Shown one piece after another: positions 11,447 to 24,196 of a stretch of 64,000 nucleotides of DNA. The notes under the pieces are model-generated. The model was not told the origin of the DNA. It searched no databases and worked only from the letters and a program-made list of their open reading frames with translations. The position numbers and the translations under genes were made by a program. The stretch lies in NCBI GenBank assembly GCA_010405405.1, contig MU004247.1, positions 186,001 to 250,000 of the forward strand, written 5' to 3'. The DNA comes from Microthyrium microscopicum (taxonomy: Eukaryota). Position 1 is the first letter of the stretch, and every line of letters starts with the position of its first letter.

Positions 11447-14400
11447 ATGAAGGCGCAATTTCTTGGGCTGATGTCCATGTCTGCAGTTGTTTTGCCGAGC
11501 AGGCAGCTTCTAAATCTGTCAACCCAGACTCTTGCTGTCACTTTCCCTTTACGACGGCACCTGCCGTTCCCTGCCACTTTTTCAGGCACAGCAACCGTAG
11601 CAGCAGGCAGGAGCCCCGCGCATATCATCGGCCGCGCCTACTCATCACACACCCCTCTACAGCTCTTAAATTCAACAACACAACCGCAGCATTTCCTCTC
11701 CAGACCTTTCACCTTGACTGCAAATCACAGACTTCGTTCCAAATCCCCCAGTTATCAAATACAGCAAACCAGACTCTGTTCTTACCGTCGCCACACTATG
11801 TGTAAAGGCCACAACGTCGTCAACGATGTCCATGGCGTCTCTGCCTCGAGTGGAAGAGAAATCCTACCAGCTCATGTGAAGCCAGCGCACTATTATTTGA
11901 CCTTGGAACCAAATCTCGAAACCTTTCAATACGATGGCGAGGTAACCATTGAGTTAGTGTCCAGTCATACCCCAACTGCCAGCTCCAATTGCTAACTGTA
12001 GTCAATAGTCTTGATGTCGTCGAAGACACAAAGTCCATATCGCTCAATACCCTTGACCTTCAGATACATTCTACCAAAGTTTCATCAGACGGCCATGTCA
12101 TTGCATCTTCACCCGTAGTCAGCTACGATGAAGATCAGCAAGTTACCACAATCAAGCTTAACGATTCCCTCAAGGCTGGAACCAAGGTCCAACTGGTCCA
12201 CAAGTTCACCGGTGAACTAAACAACAATATGGCAGGCTTCTATCGTTCGTCATACAAGACCAAGGACGGAAAGACAAAGCACATGGCCACCACTCAGATG
12301 GAACCTACCGATGCACGAAGGGCATTCCCATGTTTCGACGAGCCTGCTTTAAAGAGCAAATTCACTATTACTCTAATCGCCGACAAGAACATGACATGTC
12401 TATCTAACATGGATGTTGTCAGCGAGAAAGACGTTGATGGAAAATATGGCAAGGGCAAAAAGGCAGTCACCTTCCGAGAAACACCATTGATGTCTACATA
12501 CCTCCTGGCTTTCATTGTTGGCGAACTCAACTATATCGAAACCAAAGCTTTCCGCCTTCCTGTACGTGTCTATGCACCTCCGGATCAAGACATTGAGCAT
12601 GGCCGCTTCTCCTTGGAACTTGCCGCCAAAACTCTCGAGTTTTACGAAAAGACCTTTGACAGCGAATTCCCATTGCCAAAGATGGACATGGTTGCCATTC
12701 CAGATTTTAGCGCCGGTGCCATGGAAAACTGGGGATTGATCACATATCGTGTCGTCGACTTGATGATGGACGAGGCCTCCAGTGGCGCAGCAAAGAAGGA
12801 ACGCGTGGCAGAAGTTGTGCAGCATGAACTTGCTCATCAATGGTTTGGCAATCTAGTCACCATGGATTTCTGGGAAGGTCTCTGGCTCAACGAAGGTTTC
12901 GCAACATGGATGTCATGGTACTCTTGCAACGTTTTCTATCCAGAATGGAAGGTCTGGGAAAGCTATGTTGTTGATAATCTTCAAAGTGCCTTGTCCTTGG
13001 ATTCTCTTCGAAGCAGTCATCCGATTGAAGTTCCAGTCAAGAAAGCATCCGATATCAACCAAATCTTCGATGCAATTTCCTACTCCAAAGGATCATGTGT
13101 ATTGCGCATGGTCTCCAAATACTTGGGAGAAGATGTCTTTATGGAGGGAATCCGACGTTATTTGAAAAAGCATGCCTTTGGAAACACTCAGACCGGAGAT
13201 CTTTGGGCCGCACTCGCTGATGCAAGTGGTAAAGACGTTGAATCTGTCATGGCTATTTGGACCAAGCAAATTGGATATCCCGTAGTTACGGTCACAGAGG
13301 ACGCCAAAAAGGGAGCCATTACAGTCAAGCAAAATCGCTATTTGCGAACCAACGACGTCAAGCCTGAAGAAGACAAAGCTCTGTTCCCTGTATTCCTCGG
13401 TCTACGAACCAAAGATGGCGTGCAAGAAGACCTTACTCTTTCCGAACGCGAGCAATCATTCCCTGTCAAGGATTTGGACTTTTTCAAGCTTAACGCCGAT
13501 CACAGCAGCATCTATCGAACACTGTACACTCCTGAGCGTCTTGAGAAGCTAGGACAGGCCGCCAAAGATGGCTTGTTGACTACTGAAGATCGTGCTGGTA
13601 TGATTGCTGATGCCGGTGCTCTTGCGGCATCTGGCCATCAAGGAACAGATGGTATGCTGTCTTTGCTCAAGGGATTTAACAGCGAATCCGAGTTTGTGGT
13701 TTGGAATGAAATTCTAACTCGAGTCGCCACTATTCGCAGTGCATGGATCTTTGAAGATGAAGCTATCCGCAAGGCGATCAACAAGTTTAGACTTGACCTA
13801 GTTCAAGACAAAGCACATGAGCTTGGTTGGAGCTTTTCAGACTCTGATGGTCACATCTTGCAGCAGTTCAAGCCTTTGATCTTTAATAATGCCGGACAAG
13901 CTGGTGATGAGAAGGTCGTCAAAGCTGCCTTTGACATGTTCAACAAATTCAGGGAAGGCGAGCGCAATGCAATCCACCCTAACTTGCGAGGCGCTGTCTA
14001 CGCCATTGTCCTTAAGAACGGAGGCAAGGCGGAATACGATGCAGTTCTCAACGAATTCCGCACTGCACCAACCAGCGACGAACGAAACGATGCACTCCGA
14101 TCTCTCGGCCATGCCACAGATCCCGAATTAGTCCAACGAACCCTCGCTCTCCCACTATCCGACGAAGTCAAGGGCCAAGATGTTTATCTGCCAATCGCAG
14201 CCCTCCGCGGTAGTTCGGCAAGTATCGAAGCTCTCTGGACCTGGTTCACCGAAAACTGGGACGCTATCGTTAAGAGACTGCCACCAGGTCTGTCAATGCT
14301 TAGCACCGTTGTCCAATTATGCACATCTGGATTCACTCATGCCGACCATGTGGAGAAGATTGAAAAGTTCTTTGCGTCAAAGAGTACTAAGGGCTTTGAC

Positions 14401-14508
14401 CAGAGCCTTGCGCAGAGCCTGGATAGCATTCGAGCTAAATCCAAGTGGACAGAGCGTGATGGCGACGATGTCCGCAAGTGGCTCAAGTCGAATGGGTACT
14501 TGGAATGA
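11447..14508 (+). CDS. APE2: M1 family alanine/arginine aminopeptidase (aminopeptidase 2)
   Basis: GAMENWG, HELAHQWFGNLVT...WLNEGFA (HExxH-x18-E), TQMEPTDARRAFPCFDEP and YSKG motifs; intron 11953-12008. The start is uncertain (ATGs at 11447, 11471, 11798). Confidence 0.95.
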
Positions 14509-14855
14509 CTTCCAAGGTTGTAGGATATGTATCGGGGTGCATATGTTGATAGATGCTGTGATTGTGTAGCACAATACCCTGTGATCAAAAATTGCATATA
14601 TAGCATTGCATATATCCATAAGAAATAAACTATACTCCTTCCAAAAATCCACTTCTTTTTCTCTTCACAGCTTTTCTTCATCATTGACCACTGGCACCCA
14701 TCACGGAACCACCCCAACGTCCCACATCCCGTTCCACAACATCCACACATGCATCCAGATACATCAAATATAAGGTTTCTCCAATCCGCCAACGATGACA
14801 TAAACCCCTTCCTTATTTTTCTTAGTCTTAACCCTTATCCTCCCCCATCTTAGAG

Positions 14856-15868
14856 ATGGAGTACAACCCCGCCCCTCTCCTACTACCAAATCGCGCCTAC
14901 GCAGACACAAACCCTTCCGCTCTAATCCTGCTAAACCGCTCCCTCCATCCCCTCCCACTATTCAAACGCCTATGGACAAACGCAAAATTTCACGTCGTCG
15001 CTGATGGCGCGGCAAATTGGTTGTATGATGAGATACCCACTGAGGAACGCGAGGAATTCGTACGTTTCCCATCTACCTACTTACCCATATATCCCACTAT
15101 ACCTCCACTATGCCTCCTCTGTCACCCATACTAACATTCCATCAGCTACCAACCCTAATAACCGGCGACCTCGATAGCATCACCCCGTCCGTCCGGTCCT
15201 ACTACGAATCTCAGCATATCCCCATCATAGCCAACGGCGACCAGTATTCCACCGATTTCGCAAAAGCTGTGAAACAAGCGCGATCCCTTTTACGGGGAGA
15301 CAGTGTGGCTAGGTCAGCGGCGTTCCATGCGCCGCCGGAGAGTAGGACGATTGTGGTGCATGGGAGTTTGGGGGGTAGGGTGGATCAGGGGGTTGGTGTG
15401 TTGCATGAGTTGTTGAGGGAGACGAGGGTTGATAAGAGTATGGGAGTGTGGTTGGTTACGGAGAGGTGTTTGTGTTGGTGGGTTGGGCCGGGGAGGAGTA
15501 GGATTGGGGGTTTGATGGCGATGGGGGAGAAGGAGGAGGAGGAGGACATGGAGTTGAAGGAGGATGGACAGGAGAGTAAGAGAAAAGAGGATGCTATGGA
15601 AGATGAGGGTGATGGTGGTAAGGAGGAGCGAATATTCAAGCGTCATTGCGGCATACTCCCCATTCTCGGGAAGGCCGTCATAAGTACAACGGGTCTGGAG
15701 TGGGATGTGACGGACTGGGAGACCGAGATGGGTGGGAAAGTGAGTACGAGTAATCATGTTGTGTCTGATGAGGTTACGATTACGACGGATCAGTGGGTGT
15801 TGTTCAGTATTGAGATTGGGAAGGGGGGTGGTGTTAATGGGGAATATGCACAGAAGCAAGAAGAATAA
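14856..15868 (+). CDS. THI80: Thiamine pyrophosphokinase
   Basis: VVADGAAN, ITGDLDSI, DQYSTDFAKAV, GGRVDQ, TTGLEWDV and VSTSNHV motifs; in-frame intron 15060-15145. Confidence 0.9.
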
Positions 15869-16263
15869 GAGCCGTGTAGTATGAATGTATAGATCAGATC
15901 AATAATAGAGTAGAGATTAGACGACCATGTATGGCAGCATATCGAATGCATCGAGAAGTTCACTGATTGATATGCAGGAACTGAGGGTTGAAATGGTAAA
16001 AGCAAATTTATACATGGTCTATGAATTCATCACCATAGGTAAGCACATCTATAAAGTCTAAGGGGTATCAATCGCAAGCATCACCAAAGACCGTCAAATC
16101 CAGTCTTATCCCAGTCTTCGATCTCATCCAGCTCATCAGTATCATCCAATTTTTCAGTCTCCTCCTCTTCTTCATTCTCATCGACTTCCTCAATTCCATC
16201 CCACTCATCCGCGTCCTCTTCATCAACCAAATGCAAACCATCAGTCAATTCCATGGTCATTTT

Positions 16264-17397
16264 CTAAACGCCATCAACCAAATTCATCCTCAACCCCAAC
16301 CTACTTCCACCTCCCAGCGAAGCATCAAGCGTAGTAGCATACATGGCCCTTCCTTTTCCCCTGTTGGCGTGAAAGACAACATGTGTACCATCACTGGCTA
16401 CGCTGGCACCACCCGGCGCCATCAACCCGCCCGTGCCTGTCCGCATCACCGCATCTTGCCTCACAAATGGCCCACTGATACTGTGGGAGGTCGCCCATGC
16501 GACATCATAGTTTGCAGAGTTCCAGCAATTACTGCTAAAGAATAGTGCATAACGACCATCGGGTAGGCGTGTGAGGCTGGGTGCTTCGATGAGGGGACCA
16601 TCGTTATCTGTGCGATCGAGAAGGACGACTGGTGCAGAGCTATGCGGTGTGATACCATCTGCCCCAAGGCGTGCTAGCATTAATGGTGTAGGGACTTTTG
16701 TTTGCCCGGCATTTCCACAGGTTCCGCTGGGTGTTAGACTGTTGCCGTCGACTTTCCAGAGGACATAGCGAGTTCCTGTGGATGGATCGCGGAAACCGGA
16801 AGCGTCGATTGCGCCGCCGCGGCCTGGAGATGCGATGATGGGGTTTATGGTGGTAAGGGAGTTCGTGCCGGTGGGATCGGGACATATGTAGGGACGATCT
16901 AGAGGTGTGAAGGGGCCGGTTATGGAGATTGATGTTGCGAGGCCGATGCAGTGGGCTGCGGAGTGGGCGCGCAGGGTGGCTGAGAAGTACATTACGAATG
17001 TGCCGCCGTCCTATATCGATATTAGTATCATGGTATCGCTAAGGGAAGATGGGGGATGTGGTACGTTTTGGATAACATCTGGAGCCCAGACAGATGGCCT
17101 TTCAGTGTCGACCCAGGGCGGTAGCTGGGGGAGAGCGTCTTTGCGAATGATCTCCCATTTCTTAAAGTCTTTCGAAGAAGCCATTTGGATGTGTACGCCA
17201 TTAGACGATGTGGCGAACGAATACCATAGATCTCTAACTTTGATAATCGCCGGATCAGGAAAGTCTAGATCCAGCGATGGTGTGAGTTTCGGCGGGTCGA
17301 CTTCTTTGGCGAAGAATTTGTGTTGCTCGGGCGCAAATGGAAGGCCCCATATTCCAAGTGGTAGGATAGTGACGAGGAGTGCTATCGAGGATAACAT
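16264..17397 (-). CDS. Secreted glycoside hydrolase family 43 (arabinanase/xylosidase-type beta-propeller)
   Basis: Signal peptide MLSSIALLVTILPLGIWG; catalytic motifs FPDPAII, WAPDV, AIDASGF, IEAPSL; intron 17011-17064. The C-terminus may extend to 16081 (see findings). Confidence 0.9.
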
Positions 17398-20040
17398 ATT
17401 GACTGAGAGAATCTGCCGGCGATAGGTACCTATAGGATCGAACTGGATGCAAGGAAATCTACCGAATGTAGGTATCCCTCAAGGATATAGGCAAACCACT
17501 CCAGGTGGATGGAAAATCTGTTATAGAAGAAATGCTCACTTCGGTCTCCAAGTAGAAAGAAACAACAAGAACGAGTTACTCAGGAAGTATAATATAGAAA
17601 AACAGGTCAGGAATTAGGAATGCGATGATAGAGTACTGGTTTACAGAACCATGGTACAGAAGTATAACCGCGACTGTCCAACCACCTTTGCCCAAAGGCG
17701 GGTTTGAACCATGGTTGAACCCCAAATGGCAGGAGACGAACCCAGCGTCTTCATGGGACAAAGTCTAGAGAAGGGACAATCGGAATCTACAGAGGCCATT
17801 GCGTCCCGTTGACAGTCGAATCCCAAGCTCTTTCTAGTGGTGGCATACGCGACTTCCAACAAATATGCCGAGTCTGATATTGTGGGGATATGGGTAAAGA
17901 TTGATCTACTGTAGGGGAAGGATAATCTGTTTTGAAACCAATTGTATTGAATGGTTAGTTTGTAGATCCAGGGTCTGAGAAGCTATGTCCCAGATCTAGA
18001 TGCGTTCAGATGAAGTTTGGGGTGTAAGAAGCATTCCGTGTGGCCAAGAGAGTTAAGCTTCGTAGATCTTGAAACTTGAGAAATTTGTAAGGTTATGCAC
18101 CAGCTAGCAGAATAGGGGAGCTTTGACCAGGTTATATATCTCCAGCCTTATAATGGAAGGTCCTATTCTTGCTATTGTGCTGGGGAGGTGGTGGGATTTC
18201 ATCTGTTTGATGTCGGGATCGACGCGAGGATGTGATAGATGTTGATTGGTAACTTGGAGATAAGACCTTTGTAAATATCTCTTCTGCTTCCTGAAGAACA
18301 GAAGATCTCGCAAGAGAAACCATTGTCAAACTAAATTTTGTCTTTTAGGTTTGGTGTTTGACCAAGTGTAGACCTATCATCAAATGTCAGATCTAGGCCA
18401 AGCCCTGATTACAACTGACAGCGGACAGATGCTGTATTCCCACGTGAGTGTTTTAATGATATGCCTCAAACACGGATGGATTCTTGTAAATGAGAAATAC
18501 AATAAAGTCATCATCAATGTTGGTAAGAAGCCTCGCGTGAAGAAGCTTTCGCAATATTTTATACAGCAATCTCATCTTGCAGCTTTGCTCATCTAAGAGA
18601 ATCTAGACCATGTTAACAGATCCATAACCATTGAACGATGAAATAAGAGACGGGAATATGATGCTGTGCGAGATTCGGTGATATAAGGAGAGTGGTCTCG
18701 TCCAAATCAAATTGACATAAGCCCAGATTACTTGTTCAACAGTCTCGTTGGTCCACTTGTGCCTGACAGAAGAAAGCCCACTGGACCTTTTTTTGCCACC
18801 ATACTTGATGAAGAAGTCCTTTGAGACTGTTGAGACGGACGAAGATATATGGTTTATTTATCAGCGCAGACCACAGTGTCTTAGATAAGCCATCCGAAGA
18901 TCAATGAGGCGCAAACACTGGATGGTAGATCGGTTGCGCTGCAGAAGATGTACGATCAGTGACAACCCCAGTACAGATCATTTGACTAGCAAAGAGTTGG
19001 AATGGCGACGCCCCGCGATAACAATCGTGCAGCAAGATGGTGTTGTGGAACTGGGCGAACATGTGCCCTGATTTTGTTGGAGATGGGTCCGGTCCTATTT
19101 GGTGCCAGATAACAAGTCAGGGACAATAAGAGGCTGAAAAAAAGGCCAACCTCAGTTGTTGTGCTCTGTGCAATATATGAGGTTGGTTCTGGCTGGTATT
19201 AAGTGATCCTGTCGTGGTTCCTTTTGGGGGCTGGCATCCAATCCAGCACCACCCAACTCGTTCACCACAAATGTCCAAGGTCGATTGACTTGTATGAAAT
19301 GGGAAACAAGCGCGACAGACGCAGCAAAGTGTAGTTAAACATCAACAATGACATGGTAGGGAATGTTAGTGGGTATGGGAGACGCAGCAATATGCAGGAG
19401 AAAAGAACAAGAGTCGAGATGGAAGTTGAGGGAGTGGCTGAGCATGGGCGGTCCCGACAACACCAACCTCTGATCTTACTGGTTGCTATCACAGTGAGCG
19501 GCGAGGATGTGGTGCAGGCAATACTAAAAATACCCGGTTTCTAGCAGTATTGTTGGCTGGAATACTGGAATAATACAAGGCTTTTTACCAGCAAATACCA
19601 AGTGTGTGGCTGTTGCAGTGTTGATGTGCAAGGCCAGCCCATCATCCTCTCACTCGTCTACTGAGAATTGGAATCAAGGCAATCCGTAGAGTGGGTAGCG
19701 TCAACCATTACTACCTCTCCCCCATCTCACATCAGCCTGCTACCTTTGTACTCTTCTCTTACCATCTATCATCTGTCCTCTATTTACGCCTGTACTCACT
19801 ATTTCTCAGCAATTACCGCTCACTGCCATCCATATTCGCTATCATACACCCCTGCCACCTGGAAATCCTCGCGATCCCTCTCCATGCACTGTCCCAGCTC
19901 CAGCTGAGGGTGCGCCGTGCCACTTCCATAATCCATCCGCTTGAAAGAAGTAGTCTCCCGCCAAACTGGTTCCTCCCTCGAATTCTCCTGCTACTTTCCT
20001 CGATTTTGAGTCCACCAAGGCTCGGTCCCATATTCTTATC

Positions 20041-21467
20041 ATGGCCATCATTGCCAACAGGCTGGTAAATCGCCGACTAGCCACCCGAACTCTACATATC
20101 AGACAAGATGTATCCTTACTACCTACGCGGACACCACCGCCTTCCTCCGATTCAAATGGCATATCCTCAGCAGCCGTTGCTAGTATAGTGGTAAGTCTGG
20201 AATAAGATATATTTCGTAAATCACAGGCTAATAAATTCAGCTGGTCGTCGTATTCATAACCGTCATCGCTGCCGGTCTCCTCCTCTGCATGGTACACAAA
20301 AGAAGACAACGAAACGCCGCCCACCAACCCGAAAACTCCCCAAAAAGTAGTCTACTCAGCAAATTCACAAGATGGAGATCCGATTCTAATCGTGGTGATT
20401 ACTCAGGCCATCTCCAGCCAAGTCTAATCACTGTAACCTCGGGAGATGACCTCTCACGAGAACGCAGTGTCGACCAAACAAGAGATGTCGAAATGGAACT
20501 AGCCACATCCGCCAACCCACCCACCACCACCACTACCAATGGTGCATCAACCACGAATAACACTGATGCCACAGTCGACAGACACTCCTCCGTCCGCAGC
20601 ATAATGACCCTCCCCCCATATTCCGTCTCCGCCCGCCCCTCCGAACAAGTAATTGCCCGCGAAGGCGAACGGGCTGGCGTAGACGTCGTTCTCGAACATC
20701 CCGAAACCGTCAACGAAGAAGAAGAGCGCCGCGACGAAGAAATGGAATCCCTCTATCAAATCCGCCGCGCACGCCGCGAAGAAGCCGCCGAGCGCGAAGA
20801 ACGACGCCGCTTACGACGAGAAGCGCGCGCAAGAGGTGATATGGCTACACTACGTCGCTTGCAAGTCGAAAGCCAACGACGCGCGGAAGCTCAGGCGGAG
20901 GGCGCGACTGTGAGTGCGCAGCTGATTGCTGAGCATCAGAATAAGACTAGGGAGAGGAGGGTTAGTAGTGTGCAGTATCATAATCTGGGTGTGGCGCATC
21001 ATGATGGGTCGAGGGTGAGGGCGACGAGTATTGATTCGGACAATCGGCCTCTTCTTTCGTCCGCGGCGAGTTTTGCGGGGAGTAATAGGCCGGATTCGCT
21101 GGCCCAGTCATTACAGCACCATCGCGGCCTTTCGAGCACGAGTATCAATTCGACATCGAGTGGGATGTCTGGGACTCCGGACTTCGAAGTAATTTCACTT
21201 AACGACCAATCTTCCCGCTCGCCATCATTCGATGCGGGAAGTCAACACACCATCCCGCCAACTGCACCGCCGGAGTATGAGGATGCGCCGCCTTACTCGA
21301 GTCCGATACTTGCAAGGGGTGAGATACCACATTTTCCAGCGTCAAGTTCAATAGCTGCGAGGCATGACGCAGCGAGGAGCGAGCCAGTGACGACTGAAGC
21401 ACCGCAACTTCCCATGCTTCAACCCGTGCCGTCGATTGAAATCACTGCAGTGTCGCCTAGACCGTAG
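20041..21467 (+). CDS. Single-pass membrane protein with cytosolic coiled coil and PY motifs
   Basis: Exon 20041-20190, intron 20191-20240 (GTAAGT...CTAAT...CAG) and exon 2 give the TM segment AVASIVLVVVFITVIAAGLLLCMV followed by HKRRQR. Also LPPY, PPEY and APPY motifs and an E/R-rich helix. Confidence 0.8.
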
Positions 21468-22033
21468 AGTGGTCTTGAGTAACATGCATGATTTCGAAGA
21501 CTTCACCAACTCCTCCACCATTTCTTCATATACTCATAATAATCTCACCCCCTTTGATGGTTGCATCCACCACCAAAACATCAACACACCACTCAAATAT
21601 TACATCGCACGACTACCACCACCAGAATAGGCGGCACATATATGACCCTAACGAACCGTTTGAATAGCCTTTAATGGCACATCCCACGAAAGCGAGAAAG
21701 CGAGTTTGTTTATATTACGATTCTTTTTGATTTGAATTTTGGCGTAACAACACATATTTCGAAAGCGAAGCAGAGTTCAGCAAGGCGCAGTAGGACCATG
21801 TGAAGAGAGTTTGGGCTGAAGAGAACTTGGGCTAAGTAAAGATATCAAGATAGCGAATCTTGCTGCACATCATTATCGATATGGGCTTACCTGGCATAGC
21901 CAGAAGGGAGGAAATATATAGTAGAGGGTTAGCCGGCTCACAGTGGATAAAGTGGATGACAAGAATGCCACGCTGTTGATAACAAAGATTACCTAGTATT
22001 AAATGTGTAATAACTGGTTGACTATCAAATGAA

Positions 22034-22365
22034 TGTGATGCTGTAAGAGCTGTGATGCTGTAAGGACTGTGGTGCTGTAAAGACTTTGATCGTAAGGACT
22101 GTGGTGTTGTAAGGACTGTGATGTTGTAGTGCTGTAAGGACTGTAGCGTTGAAGTGAGTGTGATAATGCTCTCGTAAACAACGCGGTCCGGTCCTGACTG
22201 TCTTGCTGTCAAGATTGACGACCTATGGATTGTGGAATCATAAGGACAGTGATACTACAAGGAGTGTGATGAACTGCAAGAAGTTTGACGGTGTAAGGAC
22301 TGTGCTGGTGTAAGGACGGTGGTGCTGTAAGGACGGTGATGCTATAAGGACGATGATGTTGTAAG
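22034..22365. repeat. Degenerate 17-bp minisatellite, consensus TGTAAGGACTGTGATGC, in two clusters
   Basis: GTAAGGAC recurs at ~17-bp spacing at 22034-22148 and 22241-22365. Confidence 0.85.
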
Positions 22366-22548
22366 AAGTCTTTTCCTGTCGAAATGGAGGCCGTCGTAAT
22401 GTTCGGGGAGATCTTTGTACACGGCAGAGGACAGTGGCTTCTTGGCTTCTATATCATCCAGCGATAGAGATTCTGACTCTGATCTTGTGAGTGCATACAA
22501 ACTGATCCAAGTTGATCAAACCATCGACGCTGATACTCATATGGTCTC

Positions 22549-23892
22549 TCAACAGATGACGAACGCTGGCTCTAATGGCCGTGGTACTTGCTCATTAAAT
22601 CCTGGACAAGCTTTGTATCTTTCCATCTCCTCATCAGTCACGCTTCTGTCTCCCAAGAGCTCTGGCGGGGCCATCTCGGTTGCTGGCAAGCCCCGTCGTG
22701 ACCACTCCCAGATAGATCTTACCTCTGCGTCTGGAGGTAGTTGATCTTTGAAAGGAACAGAGTTGAGAATGGCGTCGTAGAACATGGTCCTTCCAATTGC
22801 GGCTAGGAAAGGAGTATTAATGCCTGTTATCCTCAGTCAGTATAAATGCCATGAAAAAGAGGACATAGAGCTCTTCAAATCTCCGCGTCGGTAGAACTCA
22901 CGATTTTGCGCGGTGTTTTCAATACTATCCAGGTGGACCTGTGAGTATAACGTCGTGGAAGGCAACATTGGATCAGGCGTTGCCATTGTTGCAAAGCCAG
23001 TATTGAATTGTTCAAGTGAGCTAAATTCTGCTGGAAGTTGGAAGGCCGCATAGCAAGGATCTCCTTTGAGCATCTGACGAGTCCAGTGTAGGCCGTAATA
23101 ACTGACAGTATTGCCAACGACTTTTGAACTAGCCTGTTCGTCGAGCGCTCCAAACCTTTCGTTCTCAGGCACTGGAGACGGCCAAGGTAAGTAACTGTTA
23201 TCTTGGAGGACATAACACATGAACATCTCCACCAATTGGGTGGCGAAAGCAATAGCTAATCGCACCACACCAACATACCAGAACCGGGTCATTTGGAAAT
23301 TACTCCCCGTGGCATTTTCTCTGGCCAGAGCTGCTAAGGTAGCCACGAGCTGCTTCGTATTAGTGACAGTACATAGAGGTACTTGGCTTGGCTATACCTG
23401 ACGATTAACAACGATAACTCCAGCCCACTTGGCATCCCAGCCTTCTCTGCTCTTGATCCATTCTTTCTTCCATGTTGGTCTCCTATTATAGCTGCCGCTG
23501 GTGAGGAGCCCAGTATCAGCCAGAATCACAACTGGGAAGCTGGCTCGCATCCGGGCAAAGAAAGCTGCCATCAGACTCTCCGCAGCTTCATCATCAACTG
23601 ACTTTTCCCGCTTGGAAGCTTTCAGACAGACTTTGAGAGTTTTCTTGAGATGATGATGTCCTGCGGAATCCTCCAGTAATTGCAGTCCAAGGTCGGCGCC
23701 AGCTATAGTGACTCTGTAGAGAGGGTCGTGTCGACTGTGAATTTCCGTGACCTGTATGTTGCCTGGTGGATAATCTTCTTGAATGACTTTGAAGCCGTAC
23801 ATTTTGCCCAACGATGTCTGACCAGCGTAATATGCTGCCCGGTTTTTTCTTCGTTCGCCTGCTTGCAACGGGCTTAGACTACTGCTAGACAT
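22549..23892 (-). CDS. Hypothetical protein (3 exons)
   Basis: ORFs 23392-23892, 22837-23346 and 22549-22785 join in frame via introns 23350-23397 (GTATAG...CTAAT...CAG) and 22803-22901 (GTGAGT...CTGAC...TAG). Confidence 0.7.
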
Positions 23893-24019
23893 GATGGCAA
23901 GGTATGCTTGAATACTGAGTTGATATGAGTATCAAAGATCAGATGTATATCAACCTCAGCCCAAAGATAGAACAGTAAGAGTATGAATATATTGGAACCG
24001 GTCCAATGAAACGAAGTTA

Positions 24020-24105
24020 TGAATGTGTGAATGTGTTACTGGAACCTGTCCTGAATGTTGTTGAATGTGTCGATGTGTTGAATGTTGTTGAATGTGTTGA
24101 ATGAA
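24020..24105. repeat. Short degenerate tandem repeat (TTGAATGTG/TTGAATGTTG)
   Basis: GAATG recurs about 7 times within ~85 bp upstream of the gene at 23892. Confidence 0.65.
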
Positions 24106-24196
24106 GAAGTTGGAATAGAACCATCTCTGCATCCTATCTTATACCCAGATTCTCCTGTCATCTCAATCACCCCTCGTTGACTTTGAAGATCGTGCT

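Noticed and set aside
11447..14508. Link between APE2 (a known cargo of ZZ-domain Nbr1 in fission yeast) and the ZZ-bearing GTPase
   Set aside because: They lie ~26 kb apart with many unrelated genes between them; coincidence is the simplest explanation.
14856..15868. Strong C-rich 5' to G-rich 3' skew within several genes (THI80, TIM21, the gene at 20041, the end of CSC1)
   Set aside because: It recurs in many core genes here, so it is a genome-wide compositional trait rather than a local signal of foreign DNA.
22034..22365. CRISPR-like appearance of the GTAAGGAC repeats
   Set aside because: Units are contiguous and degenerate, with no unique spacers and no cas genes, in a eukaryotic context.
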